Assembly: GCA_034780895.1 (NCBI GenBank)
Contig: JAUZTB010000068.1
Span: 21,029,964-21,093,963 of the forward strand
DNA length: 64,000 bases
Source: Rhynchobatus australiae
Taxonomy: Eukaryota
Direction of reading: 5' to 3'
Positions 35,901-50,900 of the stretch are shown here, one piece after another. The notes beneath the pieces are model-generated. The model ran no database searches. It was given only the letters and a program-made list of their open reading frames with translations, and was not told the origin of the DNA. Both the position numbers and the translations under genes were made by a program. How positions within the stretch are numbered: the first letter of the stretch is position 1; each line of letters begins with the position of its first letter.

Positions 35901-38900
35901 AATGATTCCTGGTTCTAGATTCTCCCACAAGTGGAATCATCCTCTTCCCAGTCAAGCACCCCTCAGGATCATTTGTTTCAATCTTGTATCCAGAAGATAC
36001 AAGCCTAGAGCCTCCAACCTTTCCTCAAAAAACCCATCCATCCCAACTGCTGGTCTTACGAACTATTTGTTTCCAATATATTCGCATCCTTCCTTAAATA
36101 AAAGGACCAATATTGTATGGAGAATTCCAGATCCTTATCAGTGCTCTATGTAACATATATCACTTTTGCTTTGAAATCCCCTTGCAAGAAATAATAATAT
36201 TCTCCTACCTTTCCCAATTACTTGCTGTACCTTCACCCTAATCTTCTTTTGCAAATCAAGGAGGAGGACATCCAGATTCCTCTGCAATTACTCACCATTT
36301 AGGTAATGCACTCTTATTTTTCCCTCTGAAAGTGAGCAAATTCACATATTCCCTACTTTGTACTCAGCCCTGGTACTGCATCTTTAATACCAGTTTCTAA
36401 CTATTTCCCCACTACAGATGTTAAGTCAACTGGCATGTAATTTCTTTCTCTCTCTCCTTTCTTTGAAATGAAAAGTTACACTTGCACATTTTCAATCTAA
36501 TAAAACCATTAGCGATTCCTGAGAATTTTGGAAATTTAAAACTAATGTATCAACTGCCTCACTAACCAATTGTTTTAAAGATCCTTGGATGAAGTCAATC
36601 AGAACATGGGGACCACAGCATCAACAATTTGCTCAATACCACTTGGTGATTTCCCAAGTTCCTCCCTCCCTTCCAAATCCCAATTTAGAGTTATTTCTGG
36701 GACACTCCTCCAGTGACCTAATGCAATATATTCATTTAATTCAAATGTAGTCTCTTTGTTTTCCATTTTTAATAGGACCACTGCTATTTCTGGCTGGCTT
36801 TGTTTCATACTCTATTTTTCCCTCATTAATCTTTTCATAATTCTTTGCATTTTTTTTAAAAAAATAACCCATCCAATCTTTTGGCATAATACATGACTTG
36901 TTACAATTAAATGCTTGTCTTTTAAAGTTTGATACAATCATTAACTTTTTTTAAAATTAACCACAGATGGTGGGTCCATTCCTTCGAACTTTTCTCATAA
37001 GAATGCATCTGTTCTGTGCATTCAACCTTTCACTTTATGCTGTTTTGGAAATATAGTGATAGAAGAAACATGTTCATACTTCTCACCTTTTGCTTGTAGT
37101 ACAGTTCCAAACAGTTTAAACACCTTTTTGTAAATTGTGCTATATACCAAAAATTTGAAACATTGACTTTATGAAATAAATAGCAAGTATTTTTTCAAGG
37201 TAAAATGTTTTGAAGTCTATAAATGCACCGTATCTCTTTAAAACACAAAGGGCTACAAATCCTACTTCAGATATTTTCTTCATCATAGTAATTGCAATAT
37301 CTTAGTATCAAAAGCAATGGTTTTAAAAAAAAGCCTTTATCCTGAGAAAATTATGGTGGCTAAACAGAGCTACACAAAGAAAAACAGATCATTAAAAGGT
37401 GCCTTGCCTAGAAAAGGTCATTTCTATTCTGCTTAAAATGCAGATCCAATTTAAAAGGCTGTGTAGAATGGCTTTGTTCAGAGCATGCTTGAGATATCAG
37501 AAAAACCCTCAAATAATCATGGTGCTCTGAATGAATCAGAGAGGGGCTGTGTAACTGATCCTACAGGTGACATACAACTTGGATCCTGTCCAGCTCCAAA
37601 ATCAATCANNNNNNNNNNNNNNNNNNNNNNNNNNNNNNNNNNNNNNNNNNNNNNNNNNNNNNNNNNNNNNNNNNNNNNNNNNNNNNNNNNNNNNNNNNNN
37701 NNNNNNNNNNNNNNNNNNNNNNNNNNNNNNNNNNNNNNNNNNNNNNNNNNNNNNNNNNNNNNNNNNNNNNNNNNNNNNNNNNNNNNNNNNNNNNNNNNNN
37801 NNNNNNNNNNNNNNNNNNNNNNNNNNNNNNNNNNNNNNNCAATGGTATCTCCCAGGGATATCTCATAGCAGCCCATGGAATAAAGCTTCTTGGCCACCTG
37901 CAGAAAGCACACCATCAGTACCCAGATCAATGCTTTCCATCTGGCCTTTTGATTCTGTAATACATCATAAAATTCAGAGCCATGTATCTTTTGTGCAGAG
38001 TATCTAGAAGGGAAGAGAGAGCACAACTGTTTCATTTAAAATACAGCTGATTTCATAACCTAACAGACCAGTGAGTCAGATGAAGCAAATAAGGAAGTGA
38101 AGAGTGGCAGACACAAGGAAATTCTTCATAATTCTCAACAGATACACATTCCAGTTAGAAATAAGGATTCGATGAAAAAAGTGATTCACTCTTGGCAAAT
38201 TAAAGGACAGTACAAGACAAAGAAATGGTTTATAAAACTGAAAAGACTAGCAGAAACCATAGTTGAAAGATGGAGAAAATATAATGTGGCTTTAACGCTT
38301 CCAAAACCATGCAAAAGAAATAGCAAAAGTAAAAACTGATTCCTTAGAAGCTGAGGCAAGGGAAATTAATGGGAAATAAGGGCAGAGAAATTAAACAAAT
38401 ATTTTGTATTCATTTTTACAGTAGAAGACACTAAAAAGATATTATATAGTAAGTAACCAAGAGGAAAGCGTGTGAGGAACTTAANNNNNNNNNNNNNNNN
38501 NNNNNNNNNNNNNNNNNNNNNNNNNNNNNNNNNNNNNNNNNNNNNNNNNNNNNNNNNNNNNNNNNNNNNNNNNNNNNNNNNNNNNNNNNNNNNNNNNNNN
38601 NNNNNNNNNNNNNNNNNNNNNNNNNNNNNNNNNNNNNNNNNNNNNNNNNNNNNNNNNNNNNNNNCAATCATGGACAAAGAAAACAGGAAACTATGGGGTA
38701 ACATCAACTGCAGGGAAACTGCTAGAATCCTTTATTAAGGAGAAGATAATAGAGCAGAGGAAGAAGCCGTATAGTTATACAAAAACGAAATAATGCTTAA
38801 CAACAATTTGAGAATATAATCAGCAGCACAGGTAAAGAGGAACCATTATATGTAATATATTTAGGTTTTGAAAAAGCCATTTGATAAAAGTTCCAAATAG

Positions 38901-41900
38901 GTTACTGAAGTGCATAGTGAAAAATTAGCATGGAGAGAAGTTTAGTTAGACAGAGAGCAGAGCAGGGATAAATGAGTAATCTGTCATTTGGCAGGCTGTA
39001 ACTATTAAAGTGATTTTGCGGGGGCTGCAGCCAGTTATATTGATTACTTAGAAAGATGCAAGGTTACATGGGAAATTAAGCTTAGAAGTGGACGCAAGCA
39101 GTCTGCAAGGAATTAAAAATGTGTCAAGTGATGAGACAAAGAGGGACTATAATGAGGAGAAATGCAAGGCATCCACTTTGGAAAGAAGAACAGAAAAACA
39201 CATTATTTAAATATTGTGAAATAATTAAACGCTGGTGTCAGAGGAGATTGGGGGGTCATTGTACAAGAAACACATGCATGTACCTTAATTACTTGAAGGA
39301 ACATCCTTTATACTGCAACTCAACAGGGTCCTGGTGACACTAACTGGAATTATGTGTACAGTTCTAGTGCATTCTTTTTTTAAAGAAAGGGTATTCTTGC
39401 CTTGGAGGTTATGCACCATAGATTCCCATGATTAGTGGTCATTAGTGGAGAGGGGTGGTTGGTGATTGCTGTTCTATGAGGAAACACCACGCAGATTGGG
39501 CCTAGACTTTCTGGACAACAGAAGCATTTTTTGGTGGACTAAACAAAGTAGGTATTGTGGGAGTCTAAAACAATGGACATAGTTTCAGGATAATGTGCCT
39601 TTTAGAAGTCTGAAATGAGAAAGAATTTACTCTGTTTGGAATTTCCAACCCCCGAATGTTACAAAAGTATTGTCTTCTCAGTTTAAAAAAAAGAATTAAA
39701 GGGTTATGGGATCAGGCTGGAATGTAATATAGAAGCCAAAGATCAGATCAGCCAAGATCTTACTAAATGGCAGAATAAACTCTAGGGGCCACATAACCAA
39801 CGCCCACTATTTCTTATACTTATGTATCGATTAATGAAGTTAAACTATTAAATTAAAAGAATGTTTATATTCTAATTATTATTGTTCCTCTTCTCCCATT
39901 CCCACCATACTTGCCTCTGCAACTTTAACAGGGGAAACATTCCCTTCATAAGGACAGCCAAGAACACAAGATACGTATCTGAAACAGTTCAAAACAAAAG
40001 CTGATTTTGTATAGTAAGACAATCTAGATTCTCAGTGGAAAAATAAAGTTGACAGTCTTTGTACAAGCCCCTGCTGTTCAGAACCAGGCAGTACGGATCA
40101 TTGATAACTATATATAAAAAACCCACAAAAACTGAAGAGGTTACAAATTAGACATAAAATCAGAAAATGCTGGAAACACTCAGCAGTCAGGCAGCATCAG
40201 CGGAAAGAGAAACAGTTAATGTTTCAGTTCTCAGACCCTTCATCACAACTGGAAAGAGAGAAAATAAGTTAGCTTTCAGCAACAGAGGTGGTGGGGGAAG
40301 AATGGGTAGAACAAAAGAAATACCTGCTGGGGCATCTCCTCAGATTTACTATATGTAAAAAAAAATTACACAGATGAAGAAGCATGTTGTCCTAACTACT
40401 TCATTTACTAATTTGGACTTGTTCTACCCATTCCTCCCCTACTTTCTCCACTTCCAAAAACTGTTTCTTTCTCTCCCAGTTCTGATGAGTCTTGGACCTG
40501 AAATATTAAGTTTCCTTTTCCACAGATGCTGCCTGAATTGCTGAACATTTCCAACACTTTCTGCTTTCATTATGGAAAGCTAAAGTCCAACCTGTAATTG
40601 GTCAGGACATAAATTCATCTTTCCAATGGCTAACTAAAATTTACTTGCATCTTTTTCAGCATGAATTGCTTATTTCATCTTAACTAGGTGTAGACCTGGC
40701 ACAGACTGATCATCAATAACATAATCTGCTGTAAATGCCAAGTTGTATTAAAGCTTCATGGCACTTTTCCTGTTAATCAGACAAATAAGCTTTCCTATTT
40801 CAAGTCATTGCTAGTCGAATACGACTGGTAACACAAACTAAAAGGATGTCAGATTCCAATCAGATTTAACTGTCCTTTCAGTTTGATTTCCTCTCTTCCC
40901 TTATCTCATTCGGCAGTTCAGGACTGGGGAACTATACTGGATCACTTTGAATTTATAAATTTCAAACAAACGTTCAAAGGCAAGGAAGAGGATCTGGAAC
41001 TGTTCTTGCCCTCAAAAGAATAAACCTGTTTGGTCAACTGAAAGAATGAATAATTTCCATAAAGGATCAAGAAGCCTGCTGCCTGTCTGCATATAGTTAA
41101 AAGAGGGAGATGTGTTGACACCAATGGGATGATTGATGCCAGACAAGTGCCAAGATGTGATCTATAAAGGATGTTGCTGTTTCAAAACATATTTCTCAAA
41201 TGTGCACAACAGTTTATGTATAGAGAAAGGGTCTGATTTAAAGGTTACTGGAACTCCTTTCTAGCCTCAAAATTTCCTTCTTAAATGGTGCAGTTGTATG
41301 AAACATTGTCAGAAATGTTGATGAATGATGTCACAAGTCTGTAGGGAGGATTTTATTGAAAGCAGGTAAAAGTATACCTTTTATTGAAAAGGTGTGTGTG
41401 GCACGTGTCTTTGGGGACACTTTGGGTCAGCCAAATGATTGGAGTGTACAGTTGTGGTTCTGAGCTTCTACTGATAACCATTGAAATTGAGTTTTTTTAA
41501 AAAACAGAATGATGTCTTTGTTTTTTTATTTGAGTACTGTGAAAAAACATTAATGTTGCAACAGGATTAAATGTCAAGCCTCTAGTGTTCACGGCCAGTT
41601 TTCTCAAAATTAGTAGCAAAATTCAGTTACGCCTTTAACATAGTCAAATGTCTATTGCAGAAATAGTTGAATAAGTTGATTTGCATTCAGTTTTATCCCA
41701 TGTACCTTGGATAACGGGAGGGGCTGCACCTTCTGCTGTCAAGCCCCTCCCTGCACAGAGTACTCTATTAAACACATAACTTTCCAGAACATGTTACCTT
41801 CCCATTTCCTGGAAACCTCTTCATATATCAAGATAATCATTCACTGCGTGCTGCTGTCGACAACAGTTATCAGCACACATTATCCTAAGTGAGGAGAATA

Positions 41901-44900
41901 AACTGAAAGCCCTGGTCAGCTGTTTAGTTCTTGGTTTGGTTGAAATGCAGCTTGTTACTTGTGTGATTAGAAAGGCAGGACTTGTTTTCTCTGAAGAGGA
42001 GGCGGCTTAAGGGCAACCTGATAGAGGTATACAAAATTATCAGATGTATAGACAGGGTCTTTCAGAGATCGTCAGGATCTTTTACCTATGGTAAGGGGTA
42101 TCAAAAACAAGAGGACAGAGATTTAAGATGAGAAGTAGGAGTTTTAAAGGTTGATACCTGGAACTCACTGCCAGAGGAGGTGGTGGAGTCAGATACAGTC
42201 ACTACACTTAAGAGGCATTTAGACAGGCACTTGAATAGACAGGCAAGGTACAGGAATAGGGACATAATGTGGGCAAATGGGATTTGTGTAGATGGGCAAA
42301 AAGGTCAGCCTGGATGTAGAGGAATGAAGGGCCTGTTTCTGTGCTGTAATTTCCCTCCATAGATGCTGCCTGACCCACTGAGTTCCTCCTGCTTTTTGTG
42401 CGTTGCTCTCTGCTGTACAACTCAATGACTTGAAGCCCGATCATGCACTTATAAGACAACGATTGCCACCCTGTGGCAGAAAATGGTAAATACACAACCC
42501 AGCAAATGACAATCAATCGTAATCTGCGGGTACACATAATAAATCAGTTCATTCTATCTGCATAGGTTCTCATTGTTGTTCCACAGACAGCTTTTACATT
42601 CCTCTTCTTTGAAGCTTCTGTTATTGTACTCCAGATTCCAGTCAGGGCATGGATTATGTACTATTGCAGTCTGCTCTGCAGTGACAGACTGTGCAAAATG
42701 TTTTCTGTTCTCTTGAGTTCAACAGCTTTCGAGAAAACCAGCTACTGTTGGATAGCTATACTATGCAATTCCTGGATTTAAAGCTCTCAAACTGTCAAGT
42801 TAAAAAAAAGTTGACAAAATCTTTTAGAAGAATGTGTAGCCCAAGCTTTCAAAATAATTGAAGATTGCAGATCCAATATGCTTGAAGGTGATGTGGAAAT
42901 TGTAACAGGAAAGAAACCAGATTACAAATTTAAATTCTTGATTCAAATCCATTGGATATCTCAAGTTATCCAGGAAAATAAAACAAATGTCATCACAGCG
43001 ATGCATACTTGTCAGCACAATTCAAATGCAGTTTTGTTTAGAGGATGGGAAAAAAATGGAAATCATAAAAAACCCAGTTACATTAAAATATTTATGATCA
43101 TTTATAATACCAAAGATACATTTGTAATGTAATTCTGTTATCAATAATCTTATTTTAAGAACAGATAACAGAGTTGNNNNNNNNNNNNNNNNNNNNNNNN
43201 NNNNNNNNNNNNNNNNNNNNNNNNNNNNNNNNNNNNNNNNNNNNNNNNNNNNNNNNNNNNNNNNNNNNNNNNNNNNCAGAGTTGCCATTTTATTCTGTGC
43301 TTTTGCCCTAAACAGGGAAGTTCCAACATCAGTTCCTGTTTTGGGATAATCAAGAGAAAGCCAAATAACTGCTTTGACTTTTAAGTTTCAAAAGATCTTT
43401 GATCGTGTTTATGCAGATACAAAGGAAAGGAAGTTTGGTTATTTTCAATAGAGAGAAATTTTTACTGCATAAAAATGTGAAAGGTTTTTAATCTTACCCT
43501 CGGACTGGAATACTTGCATCCTTTGCTGCTTTCACCACCTCTTCAAACCGCTGAAGACTCTCATCAATTGAACAATTAATATTTCTTTTACTGAACATTT
43601 CTGAGGCTGCTCCAAAGATGGCAACCTCTTTTGCACCTGCTTTCAGCTGTGAAAAAACAATACATTTTTCCTCTTCACAACATAAGGTAACAAAATAAGG
43701 CATTAAACTTCCCAGTCTCAGCTTTACTTTTACTCTACTTTGATTCATCATTTTTTTTTAAATGAATCTTCCAAGGAGCCTCATTAAACTGGATATTAAT
43801 CTATCCTTTTCTTCTTTGACAAAAATCCTTTACATAAACATTGAAAAATATTATGGGCATCTTGAGTACATTACACCTTCTGGATAGTTATAATCACAGA
43901 ATTATTTACAGTGATGGTAATAGCTTAGCACCCTATATGCCTTTTTAGATCCGCTGAAGTTCCTTTCCCATACTCTGCCCCCAGTTGAGGAGCTGTATAT
44001 AATGGCTGGATCATGCTCACTTTTGCCACTAGTTGCTATTGCAACTGTCAGTATTTGGCTGTTCAAACTAAAGTACCAAAATCCTGTGTGTACACCATGA
44101 AACACTCCAGATTTGAAGATCTAGAATTGGAACTCAAATCTATTGGTTTACTTTGTTACTGGATTCCGTTGGATCCTATGACAGGGCCCAGTCTTGCAGA
44201 AATCCTTTATTATGCTTGGGAAATCACCGCTCAGACCTTACAATGGGGTTGTAGGACAAAGGATTAGGAAATAAAAAGGGAAGGTAAAGTTACTTTTGAA
44301 TTATTTTGCACTAGTTTGATGCTTCTAATTAAAAGATTTTTTAATGTTAGTTATGTTTTGAAAAACTAAACCAAAAAAATCATAGTTTTAATTACTTTAG
44401 TTTAGCAGCTTTAAAAATGTCTCTGAATGAACTTAAAAGGATTGCACCTTAAATGTAACAATGACTTCCTCCTTGGCCCTGTTGTATATTTTAGTAAACC
44501 TTATGGGCCAGATTTTGCTGAGAATTGCCAGCAATCTTCATTCACTTCTGAAATTCAGAGACATTTTGTAATGTTCAAAGTTTTGACATCTTTGAAAGCT
44601 GGCTAAGCTAAGGATATAGTTAGCTTCAGCATTTTTGCAGGTAGCAATTTTCTGCTCCCCCTTGCTCACCACCGCAAGCTGCTTTCCTCCAGCAGTTTGT
44701 GTGTGTGTGTATTGCTCCAGATTCTAGCATCTGCAGAATCTTTAGTCTCTGTGTGATGGATTTATGTTGCAGGAGGCCCTGCTGCAGTACATGACATCTG
44801 CAAATTCTGGGCAAGTATTTCCAGCCTTTTCACTTCCTTATAACCCTTAAAAAAAGTGTTTGTGGGATCGGAATTTTTATTATTCTAATTCTTGAAATGT

Positions 44901-47900
44901 ACATGGAATTGAAGTTAGAGTTTCAAGACAAATTAAGAATATATAAACAATCATGTGGTGCAACAATGACATTTTTATTTATGGACTCAAGTTATATTTA
45001 AAGGTCCCTGTAAAGATATTTTACCCATTAAGGGAACAGGGGCAACTGCAAGATTTGCACTAGATACTTACTGCAGTCTCAAACCCTTTTAGGTTTGGAG
45101 TCAACACTGGGTAGCTCACGTTTGGATATTTTCGGATTCCTTCCATCACTTGCTGCTGATCTGCCATCTATAATGAATACATCCCAAAGTATAGAAAGAC
45201 CACGTACAAGAGTCATCACTTATGTATGCCACGATCTTTCGAAATTCTCGTACATTACTACCTGATTAGAACACTGAGGTGTTATTTGTGCAGCAAATTA
45301 ATTAGCACAAATCATAATTAATCAGTGCAACAAAAACTTTAGAACACCATAAAACATCCCAGGGGATGCAATGGGAGGGATATCAAACAAAATTTTACAC
45401 TTGGCAAAGGAATTATCAGTATACACGTCTGAAATTGAGGTAAACAAACAGATGCATCTCAAAACCTCTCTTGCTGTGGGGAGGAAGACAAGAGAGGTGG
45501 AGCCAGTTTACAGAGCTTTGTGGCTGGGTACCTGAAGACACCACTACCAATGGCACTGTGGTGAAAATCAGCAGAGGTGCACGAGTTTGAGAAATTCTCT
45601 AATTTCCATGACTCCAAAAGGGTTGATATCTGATTTCATGAGGAACTCATGTACAGATTCATACCTCCAAATGTGTACCCTTCCATTTTTTTTAAATCCC
45701 CATTTAATTTTCACATTTTCTATCTTTTAGATCCATTAGTGCCACACAATTGTCCTCACTTGTGTGGAGGAAAATGAAGCCCAAATCATTTTGATTCTAT
45801 TTTGTGGCTAACAACCTTAGTCCTCAGACTTTTTGATACTTTTCCACTCCACTCTACGACCCCAATCCAACACGTGGTCTGGTTAAGAATAGGAATTTCT
45901 AAAAAAAAAGAACTACTTTTAAAGGTCCAGTGCAAGCAAAAAGGTCATTGCAAATACAAAACAGCAAAAAATCCATTTTATCTTGACAGAAACTGTTTGA
46001 TGTTAACTAAGTGAAAATAAGCCCAAAAAAGTTCTAAACAACAACAACAAAGTGCTGTGACTTCAGATTGCATTGGCTGAATACAATAACTTTCCAAGTA
46101 CAGAGAAAACAGCATTTTTTCTTAAACATTAACAATTTAGTTTTCAGAAACAAATATTGAATTAGTCTTAGTTTTCAAACATGCCAATCTCCACAGAATA
46201 CTTATATTTAACAACTTTACATTCAGTTTTGTGCTGTATGAGGGAGGAAAATAACATGAATCAATTTGCTTCTATACAAAAGATTGTTTCTCTTCAAACC
46301 AAAATATTTAATCCCCTTTCCTACAAAAGTATTCTTTCCACTACTTTGGTGATCATAACCATAAAACAGTTGGGAGATAAAAGCCTGCTTTCTGGTTGTA
46401 TTGCTTGTTAAAGTCCAAAAGCTAAGGTCCAAGCACTCAATATAATTGCAAAAGCCAAAGTCTAGGCTATTTTCTATTCCTAATCTCTTACCTGAGGAAC
46501 CCATTTTGGGGAGACAAAGCTTGTTGCTTCCACAACAGACAATCCTGCCTCTGACAGAAGGTTAATTAATTGAATTTTCACATCAGCTGGAACAATGACC
46601 TGCAATAAATTTTAAAGTGAGAGTCACAAACAGAAAAAAAACAAACATTAAATTTTCCCAAGTTCAACAAGACTTTCTATTGGTATTGCCTGAACTACTG
46701 AATGTTTTAAGCATTTTGTTTTTATTTCAGATTTCCAGATGTCAGTTTTGATTTTCAGTAATGCTTTTCCTTCTCCATTGTGATCTTGAAAGGCGAATTC
46801 AACTCGGTTTCTGAGAACTTAATTTCAACATACAGTCTGCAGAGCTTCAATGAAAATGTTTATTAAGCAGAAATGTGACCAAGAACTACTTTCTCAGTAT
46901 TTTTCAATTTGGTAAGGCTGTTATCAGTAAAATAACTAATGTTTTGTAAAAAACATAATCAGGAAAAGTTACACTTGCTCTATGTTAATAATATTAAAAT
47001 TAAGGTTTCAACACAATATATAAAATATCTTAGTCAAGTCAATGAAATCCAAGGGGTTAAATTTGGGTTCTGCTGAAAATGAAGGTGGAGATTGCAATGG
47101 TCAGTTAATCTGCACCTTCTTCTGATGCAGACAGTACACTAATTTTGTGCTGCCTGTACATTTGCACAATTGCTGTATAGACCAGTACCAACTGCAATTT
47201 TTATAATCAATGGCACAACTTAGCAGTGGGCTGCAAGCACGTAAATCACAAACCTAAAGAGAGTACATTGTAGCTACAAGGATTGATTGGTGCTTTTTCC
47301 AAAAATCAAACTGGACCATCATTCAGTACACAGGAGATGCCTCTAAGATTTTCCATCACTGCATTATAAGTGGGAGATGTGATCTGTGGTGTTCTGGGGC
47401 TCTCCAAGTAAATAGTCAGAAGATAATCAGAGCAAACGACTTCCATCCGACCTCAAAGATCCTTGGTGAGGCACTGCAAGACTTCAAATAAATGGTCAAG
47501 ACAGGTAAATGCATCTTTAGATGCCATTATCCCATCAGTTCCAGCTTCAGGCATCATACTGCTATCACGCACCTATCAACATTCTTAATTAGGACTGATA
47601 TCTATACAGTGAAGAGAAGGCACAATGTTACTCAATTTAATAATTGTATCCATTGGATACTCACACCACACATATTTTAGGGTTAGTTTAAGAGGGGAGA
47701 TCTAGAGATAATGGGTCATCTGGTACAAGTATCCTGCAGCCAGGGCATGGGGCAAACACACAGTTGACACTTTGTCAGAAAACAAGTTGTAAATGAGTTT
47801 TGCTGGAGAATAGTCTGATAAAGACCTTGGAGTGGCTTGGAGAAGATGGTTGATGCCCATGCATAGCAAAGTGCTTTGTGCATCGGGTGAGCCAATCATA

Positions 47901-50900
47901 TAATGAATGCAATACAAAATCATAAGAAATGGGAGTGTGATGCTCTTCATGACTGCCCTGCCATTTAATAAAATTATGGCCATCCTTCTGCCTCAGCACC
48001 AATTACTTGTACTTACCTCAAATCAACACCTGCGCCCACCAAATATCAAATCAGCATGCAGGAATCTGGCACCAACCTTGTTATATAGGCTTTATGCAGA
48101 TATTAGAGCTTGTATTCACTACAACAGTGTGGGCAGGATACCCATGGATTCCACTCCAATCTAACACGTGAAGGGCAATGTTTCAGCTTTGGTGATTCAA
48201 ATGCTTGTCCATATGCTCCTTAAATGTTGTGAGAGTTCCTTCCTCCACCACCTTCTCAGACAGTGCACCTATCCCCTGGTTGTAAAAGAATTCTGCCTCA
48301 GATTTCCGGGGGGGGGGGGGGGGCGNNNNNNNNNNNNNNNNNNNNNNNNNNNNNNNNNNNNNNNNNNNNNNNNNNNNNNNNNNNNNNNNNNNNNNNNNNN
48401 NNNNNNNNNNNNNNNNNNNNNNNNNNNNNNNNNNNNNNNNNNNNNNNNNNNNNNNNNNNNNNNNNNNNNNNNNNNNNNNNNNNNNNNNNNNNNNNNNNNN
48501 NNNNNNNNNNNNNNNNNNNNNNNNNNNNNNNNNNNNNNNNNNNNACATCCTTTCTAGAGTTGTCTGTAGCCTGGATTGGAGCATTTCAATTACACAAAGA
48601 GACTGGATAGGTTGGGTTTGTTTTTCCTGGAGCTGAGGGGGCTGAATGTGACCTGATAGGAGGTATATAAAATTGAGGGGGGATAGATAGGGTCAATAGT
48701 AAAAATCTGTTTTCCTCCCCCATTGTGGAGATGTCCATGACAAGAGGGCATTGGTTTAGGGTAAGAGACAGGAGGTTTAGAAGGGATCTGAGGGGGAAGT
48801 TTCTTTTCCCCCTATGTCACTTCTTTCTAAAGATTTGATTTCATTTTCTACTAAATGAGCCACCCAACCCACTCTGCATACCTATCTTTTCAACAGGATA
48901 TGTATCCTTGAATGTTTAGCTTCCAGTTGTAATCTTCTTTCAACCACAACTCTGTGATGCCCACATCATCATACCTGCCAATTTCTAACCGTGCTACAAG
49001 CTCATCTACCTTATTTCATATACTGAGTGCATTCAAATGTAACACCTTCAGTCCTCATTCACCACCCTTCTTTTCAAATTTGTCTCCATGTTGCCTGAAG
49101 TTCAATTCTTATCCTTTTCTAAACTTTGCCTTATAATTTATTCTGGAGACTTCAGTAACCTCTCCTGCACTCTCCTTCCCAATATCCTGCACAACCCTTC
49201 CCAAATTATCCAATATTGCTTTGATCGGCTTCTCATAAATAGCACACTTGGTACTTAAAAATCTTCTTTGTTAATTGAGAAATAACATTTGTGTCCAAGA
49301 AAAAAAAACTAATATTTGAAATCAATAAAAGCATAATGTTGTTTAAAACATTAACTCAAACTTGTTAACTTGTTGAACACAATTTTGGTTGGCATTGTAA
49401 GATAAGAATTCAATTCAGCTTTATATCCTTGGAGGATATAACTGACACAAACTGTTTGTGTTTTATTACAATGTTTCGGCACCATGTATTGTGAATTACC
49501 TTTTCATTCTGCAGTCCATCTCTGGGTCCAACTTCAACAATTTTCACATGCTTGGGCAGAGATTGTGCCACTGCCACACCAGCCTGCATAGCATCAAGGA
49601 AAAATTGTCAATACCTTAATAGATTTTAGCATTGCTTCTCTGCAATGGTATCAAAGATCTCCCTGCAATCATTACTATGAAAATCTACAATATTACTATA
49701 TTAACTACGTAGTTTTACTAGTAGTTTAACAAGTGTCCATTTTAGAACAAATGATCCTTGGTTTAAGGCCACATGTTATCCACTGAACATATTTTGTACT
49801 TTGTACCAAGGAAAGCAAAAATTCAATTGACAAATAGTGTGCCTTACAAAGCAAACACAAGAGGTGCAAGGAAGCCACACATGCACACAAAAAAGTAAAT
49901 CTACTGAAACATTTTCCATTTGTATTTGGGCACCATTGGCAAGATGTGCATTGATTTGCCTTCTCTAATTTATGCAGGTGGTAAATAGTGGGATTGGGAA
50001 GACTTGATTAAGCAAATTAAGACTTATTAAGCAAAGAGAAAGACAATGTCTGTGACAAGGTGGATGACTGGAATCAAAGCAATAGTTTCAGATGAAGTTA
50101 TGTTTAAGGTGTATTAGAGAGAAGTAACATAAAAGAGAAAATTCAGGAAGTACTCAGCAAGTCAAACTGTCATTAACATAAGAAACAGAAGGCCAATTGG
50201 CTGCACAAACCTCTGCCACTAAGATCTTGGCTGATCTATTCCTCAACGCCACTCCTGTGCTCTCCTCAGACCTCTCGACTCCCTTGAAGTTCAGATATCT
50301 TTCAGTCCCCACCCTGAATACATTCAATGACTCTGCTTCCACAGCTCTCCCAGGCAGGAAATTCCAAATAATCACAACTTTCTGAGAAGAAATTCTTTCT
50401 CATTGTCTTAAATGGTGACTGCTTATTCTGAAACCATGTCCCCAGTCCTAGACAGACTCATAAAGGAACATCCTGTCAATAACCACCCGGTCACTCCCTC
50501 AGAATGTTATACGTGTCAATAAGATCACTTCTCATTCTTCTAAGCTCCAATGTATCATCAGCAAATTCAATTTGTAAATGTCGTTTGTAAACAGGTGAAG
50601 CCCCAGCACTGATCCACGTGGCACCCTACTTGTTGCTGATTACCATCCAAAACTGACTCATTTATTGCTACTGCTTTCTTTTGGTTAGCCAATCCCTATC
50701 CATGCTAATATATCACCCACAACTTAGTGCACCCTTATCTTGTGCAGTAACCTTTTACATGGCACCAATCAAATGTATTCTGAATATCCAAATACACTGC
50801 ATCTTCTAGTTCCCCTTTATCTATCCTGCTCTTTATATCTCTAAAGGATGCTTGTAAATTTGTCAAAAGTTTCGAAATGCCTTGCTATTACCTCCTTAAT

